DNA of 64,000 nt from the NCBI RefSeq assembly GCF_964188315.1, contig NC_135673.1, positions 8,556,001-8,620,000 of the forward strand, read 5' to 3'. This DNA is from Podarcis muralis. Taxonomy: Eukaryota. Each line of letters opens with the position of its first letter. Position 1 is the stretch's first letter. Position numbers and translations under genes: made by a program. This document shows positions 59,401 through 64,000 of the stretch, one piece after another. The notes below the pieces were generated by a model, which did not search any database, was not told the origin of the DNA, and worked only from the letters and a program-made list of their open reading frames with translations.

Positions 59401-61207
59401 TGTTCGATTCCCAAGTTCTGGAGAGGTTCACAGATGACCAACCTGACAGCTGGTTGACCGGCCACAAACTGGTGCTTAGCACTTGCCAGAGAGCCCCAGG
59501 GGAGCTGCCGCTTCAGTCCTGAAAATGTCCTGACTGTAGCTAAATGCTTTGCCCTTTCTGGCTCTCAGCAAGGCCTTAATCCAGGCAGGCACCCACACAA
59601 ATGTCTTTTTCTTCCCCAACCCACATATTCTTGCCTGAATGGTAACCTTATGAGGCCAGCCGGGCACTTTGCCCTAGCCAAGAAGCCCACACCATCAGCA
59701 TTGAGGCTTCCAGTACTACAGCTGGAACAATGTGGTCCAGAGCACTCAGTGTGTTGATTCTGCTGTCTCTGTGGCATACAATTGTAGAAGGAGTGGGCAC
59801 CTCTGCCTCTCTTTGTGTGCATGTGCCAAATGGTCCTATTGGCAACCCATTTGGCATCCTCTCCCTCCCCCTTCTGCAATGTGGCAATCTGGAAGTGTTC
59901 AGTGAAATGTGCTCTGCTCTGTGACGGGACTGGAGGGATTTGGGGGCAAGGGGAGGAACAGGCATTCCAGTGCACACAGCTGCCTTCTCCCTCTCAGTGA
60001 TCCCCGCCCCACACACCTCCTCTTTCCCATTCTGTGTTGAAATGCTTTCCAGTGCCAAGACTGCAATGCCCTGCCAGGCAGAATGATGAATAAATGTTTG
60101 AAAATGTAATTGGAGTCACAGGGGAGTTGCAACAGGAATTTAACGATAACATGGCATGCTGTCATGTCTCTGATGCTCTGGCTAATGAATGGAAATAGAA
60201 GGAATTAGAGACGACTTGGGAGGCATTAACCCGGGCGTGCTAAGAGATCAAAGACTTCATTTATCTCACCTCTCTGCAGGAATGGCCAAATTCACCTGCT
60301 GGGGGAAAGGAACATATGTTTTATCTTCTTGATATCTCCTGCCCTGAAGAGGGTGCTGAGGAGCAGGCCACTGGCCACCTCTGGCCCTGCCAAGTATAGC
60401 AGCAGTGATGGTTGCCTGCCTCTCCACTTTGTTTTCTTTTGTGGTAGCATCGGTTCTATCCTGGAATTAGGAATGTGTATGTGAAAGTGACTGCCTTTTT
60501 CTATGGATTAGTTCAGATTACCCTACTAACTCCTGACTGCAGGTCATTAATATGGACCGGACTCCTCCTTCACTGTCAGGAGCCACTAAGGTTCAAAGTG
60601 GGAATCTGTGTTACGTTGCCTTGTGTGGTGAACCCCTGAGATGAATGTTGCACCAACTGCCGAGGCTGACCACCAGACCTGTGCAGAGTGAGCTTGTCTG
60701 GGGTCCAAGGTGGGAGTCTTATAAAGTTATAAACGCAAACAAAATAGCAGCCAGTGCCTGAGCCAAATCACAAAATGGTGCTTCCTACTCCCAGCCAGGG
60801 AGGAAGGACTGAGCAAAGATCGACATCGGGAACAAGAAAAGATTAAAGATTTGCATCAGGAACAGAGGTGGGAGGAGACCAGCAGCATATCCTGTTCACC
60901 AATAGGCCACTATAGAGGCAGCATGGGGGGTGGGGATTGCCAAGGAAGCCGCAGATCCAGCCTCCGTGCCCCAGCCGTTGCTCCCACTGTGACAGCAGCA
61001 GTAGGTCATACCTTCCTTGGAGGCTGGATCTGCTGCCCATGGATCCTACCACCTTGCCTCATGGGTGGCCTGGCCCTCATTTAGTGTTTTTGCGTGGCTA
61101 GAATGTGCTCTTGAACTCTTGCTTGTCTGGGTGGAGGGTAGACATGGGCTGTGTGTAGAAACGAGCCTATCGTACAAAGGTAAAAATTTACATTTCTTGC
61201 TCCACCC

Positions 61208-61409
61208 CAGTGGCGTAGCGTGGGGGGTGCAGGGGGGACCGGCCGCACCGGACGCAACATCTGGGGTTAGGGCAAATCCACAGGTTAGGGGGCGCAAATC
61301 CACGGGTTAGGGGGCGCAAATCCACAGGTTAGGGGGCGCAAATCCACAGGTTAGGGGGCGCAAATTACTTGCCTTGCCCCGGGTGCTGACAACCCACACT
61401 ACGCCACTG
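61208..61409. mobile_element. hAT MITE with internal 22-bp x4 array
   Basis: TIR CAGTGGCGTAGCGTGGG / CCCACACTACGCCACTG, perfect 8-bp TSD CTCCACCC, unit CAAATCCACAGGTTAGGGGGCG. Confidence 0.9.
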
Positions 61410-62215
61410 CTCCACCCTCTTTTGCTTTTGGCTTTCACAAAATTGTTTAGAGGTGCATTTGGTCCTGGGGAGGGGAGCTCCCCCAAGTTAAGCCATGCTC
61501 AAACAACAAAATCTTCCTGTGCTCTGATGTGTTCCTGTTCCATTTGATCGCTCGTTGGCCCTGATTTCTAGCATGTTCCTTGGCCTTTGTCTCCTGCCTT
61601 GTCCTTATTTGGTACTGATTTCTGGCTTCCTTCCACAACCCCTGATTCTCAGATGACCTTGGGCTGCTCCCCGTGGCCCAGCTCTGACCTCACCTCTGAC
61701 CATTTGCACTGTTTCAATGCCCTTTTATTTGCTCAGGCTGCTTCTCAGCGACAACTCACCTCCCACACTAGCAGAAGCTAGAACACAGACTCCTATTGAC
61801 GCAATGGACCTTCTCCCCCGTCTTCTCCTGTTGCACCCCCAGCTTACTCAAATCCACTCGAGGAGAGGGGGTCACAAGAACCCTCAGAACAGTGTGCAGG
61901 GGGAGGAGAGGGGGATTTTCCCATCTGGCAAGCAGGAATGCTACCTATGACAGAATGCGTCCCACTGCCCTCGTTTGCCCTCATTACCCACAGTGCTGCT
62001 TTCGTCAATGTGGTTGACAATGTCACAAAGCTACTGCTATAATTAGTGGACCTAAGTTAGCCATGGCCATTGTTTTCAATGGGTCTGCTCTGAGTAGGAC
62101 TAGCACTGGATACAGGCCAAAGGTTCCTGCTGATAACTGAATTCAGCATCAGCCTGGGCAGCAGCAAAGTCAAGGATAGTGATAGGAAGGAAGAAATTAA
62201 AACAACAGCAACGTA

Positions 62216-62451
62216 CAGTCATACCTCGGGTTACAACTGCTTCAGGTTGTGTTTTTTCAGGTTGCGGACCACCGAAACCTGGAAGTACTGGAACAGGTTA
62301 CTTCCAGCTTTCGGCGGTCGCACATGTGCAGAAGTGCTAAATCGCGCTTTGCGCATGCGCAGAAGCACTGAATCACAACCCGTGCGTGTGCAGACGCGGG
62401 TTGCGAACGTGCATCCCACATGGATCACGTTCGCAACCCAAGCGTCCACTG
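62216..62451. mobile_element. Tigger-like MITE, other subfamily
   Basis: TA|CAGTCATACCTCGGGTT...AACCCAAGCGTCCACTG|TA; CpG-rich body. Confidence 0.78.
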
Positions 62452-63182
62452 TATTCATTTGTATCAAAAGCTGCCCAAAGTAGGAGGCTGTTTTGCACAT
62501 TCATTAAGCAAATTAAACAAGATAAGTAGTTTTATCTCTGCTCCTGTTCAGGGATAACTAATATGTGCTAAACAGTCTTCTGTGATTGACAGAATGTTTA
62601 CAGGGTGGCTAGGGTTTCCCATGGTTTTGAGCATCAATTTGAGGCAGGAGCATGGGTGGCTGAAGCAGTGTGTATGCAAGAGTGCAGGAGGCCTTTGGTT
62701 TTCTGCTATCTGGCAGATAAACAACGGCCAGCCCTGTGGCTTTGTGGGTGGAAAGTTAATTTTAGGCAGAAGTTGGGAGGAAACCACACCAGGCGTGTGA
62801 TTGATTAAATGCCTGGGCTTTGCTTTTTGGCTTTAATCAATGGCAGCAGCTGCTGATTGTTTCAGATAGTACAAATCAACCAAGATTAAGACTTCATTAA
62901 CCTCTCTGGCATGACTATGGATTTCCATCTCTCAGATCTTTGAATGACAGCACCTGTTCCCTAACACGTTGTGCTGCCTGTTCCTAACTCTGCTTATGCA
63001 AAAGTAAATAAAAACCCTGCTAAGTTCAATAGGACACACTCTCAAATCACTGTGCATTCGATTGCAGCTCTAGGCATGTAATGGTGATCATCTGTCAAGG
63101 CATCCATGCGATCGCCATCCACATTTCCAATAAGAATTTGTTAATTGTTGTTTAGTTTCAATTACCACCATCTGTATACTCA

Positions 63183-63362
63183 GGAAATCCTGTAGCTCAG
63201 TGACAGAGCACCTGTTTTGCTCACGTTCAACTCCTAGTATCTCTAGGTAGGGAAAGATCCCTCTCTGAAACCTTGGGAAACCGCTGCCAGTCAGAGTAGA
63301 CAATACTGTGCTAGATGGACCAATGGTCTGACTCAGTACATGGCAGCTTCCTATGTTCCTAA
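63183..63362 (+). mobile_element. Older tRNA-headed squamate SINE
   Basis: GTAGCTCAGTGACAGAGCACC head and GGCAGCTTCCTATGTTCC tail; abuts a Sauria SINE. Confidence 0.75.
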
Positions 63363-63372
63363 TGACTATCTC

Positions 63373-63721
63373 GACACGGGTGGTGCTGTGGGTTAAACCA
63401 CAGAGCCTAGGACTTGCTGATCAGAAGGTCGGCGGTTCAAATCCCCACAATGGGGTGAGCTCCCGTTGCTTGGTCCCTTCTCCTGCCAACCTAGCAGTTC
63501 AAAAGCACGTCAAAGTGCAAGTAGATAAATAGGTACCGCTCCGGCGGGAAGGTAAATGGCGTTTCCTTGCGCTGCTCTGGTTCGCCAGAAGCGGCTTAGT
63601 CATGCTGGCCACATGACCCGGAAGCTGTACGCCGGCTCCCTCGGCCAATAAAGCAAGTTGAGTGCCGCAACCCCAGAGTCAGCCACGACTGGACCTAATG
63701 GTCAGGGGCCCCTTTACCCTT
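63373..63721 (+). mobile_element. Sauria SINE, subfamily 1
   Basis: Perfect 13-bp TSD TAATGACTATCTC at 63360-63372 and 63722-63734. Confidence 0.93.
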
Positions 63722-64000
63722 TAATGACTATCTCAAGTCTTCCAAATATATCCAAGGGTTTACATAGGGTGTATTATAAGAAAAAACCCTGCTCTTTTCC
63801 CCTAACGGGGTACCCAAGAGCCTGTATAGAGTCCTTATGTAGGTTCTCTATTGGTAGGAGAAAAATAACAGAGGCCAACCAAAGAATATTGAGAAGCAAA
63901 GCAGCTAGTAAGCCTGATCTTTATTAACTGTTGCAACTGGGTGCTCACAATCACACGCAGGACGCAGGAGGGACCCAGAACATTGGTGTGCAAGCTGTTA

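Noticed and set aside
38720-64000. Exons of WHRN or another gene upstream of ATP6V1G1
   Set aside because: No PDZ-like or otherwise recognisable coding exon found by eye; small exons could have been missed.

Overview
Vertebrate genomic DNA from a squamate, most likely a lacertid lizard (inferred from Sauria SINEs and the MITE families). Two spliced protein-coding genes lie on the minus strand. ATP6V1G1 is complete (3 coding exons, 118 aa, CpG-island promoter at about 37.7-38.7 kb). TMEM268 has 7 coding exons here (285 codons), and its last exon(s) fall left of the window. The rest is intronic or intergenic and dense in repeats: Tigger-like, Tc2-like and hAT MITEs, Sauria and other tRNA-headed SINEs, L2/CR1/L1/RTE remnants, solo LTRs, mini- and microsatellites, plus one 132-N assembly gap. 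The most unusual structure is at 16187-17125. A Penelope-like hairpin carrying a minimal hammerhead-ribozyme core is fused directly to a young 5'-truncated L2, and one 12-bp direct repeat (ATACACAAACAT) brackets the whole composite, which suggests a single chimeric retrotransposition event. Family names come from motif recall, not database searches. Coordinates of old repeats are approximate.
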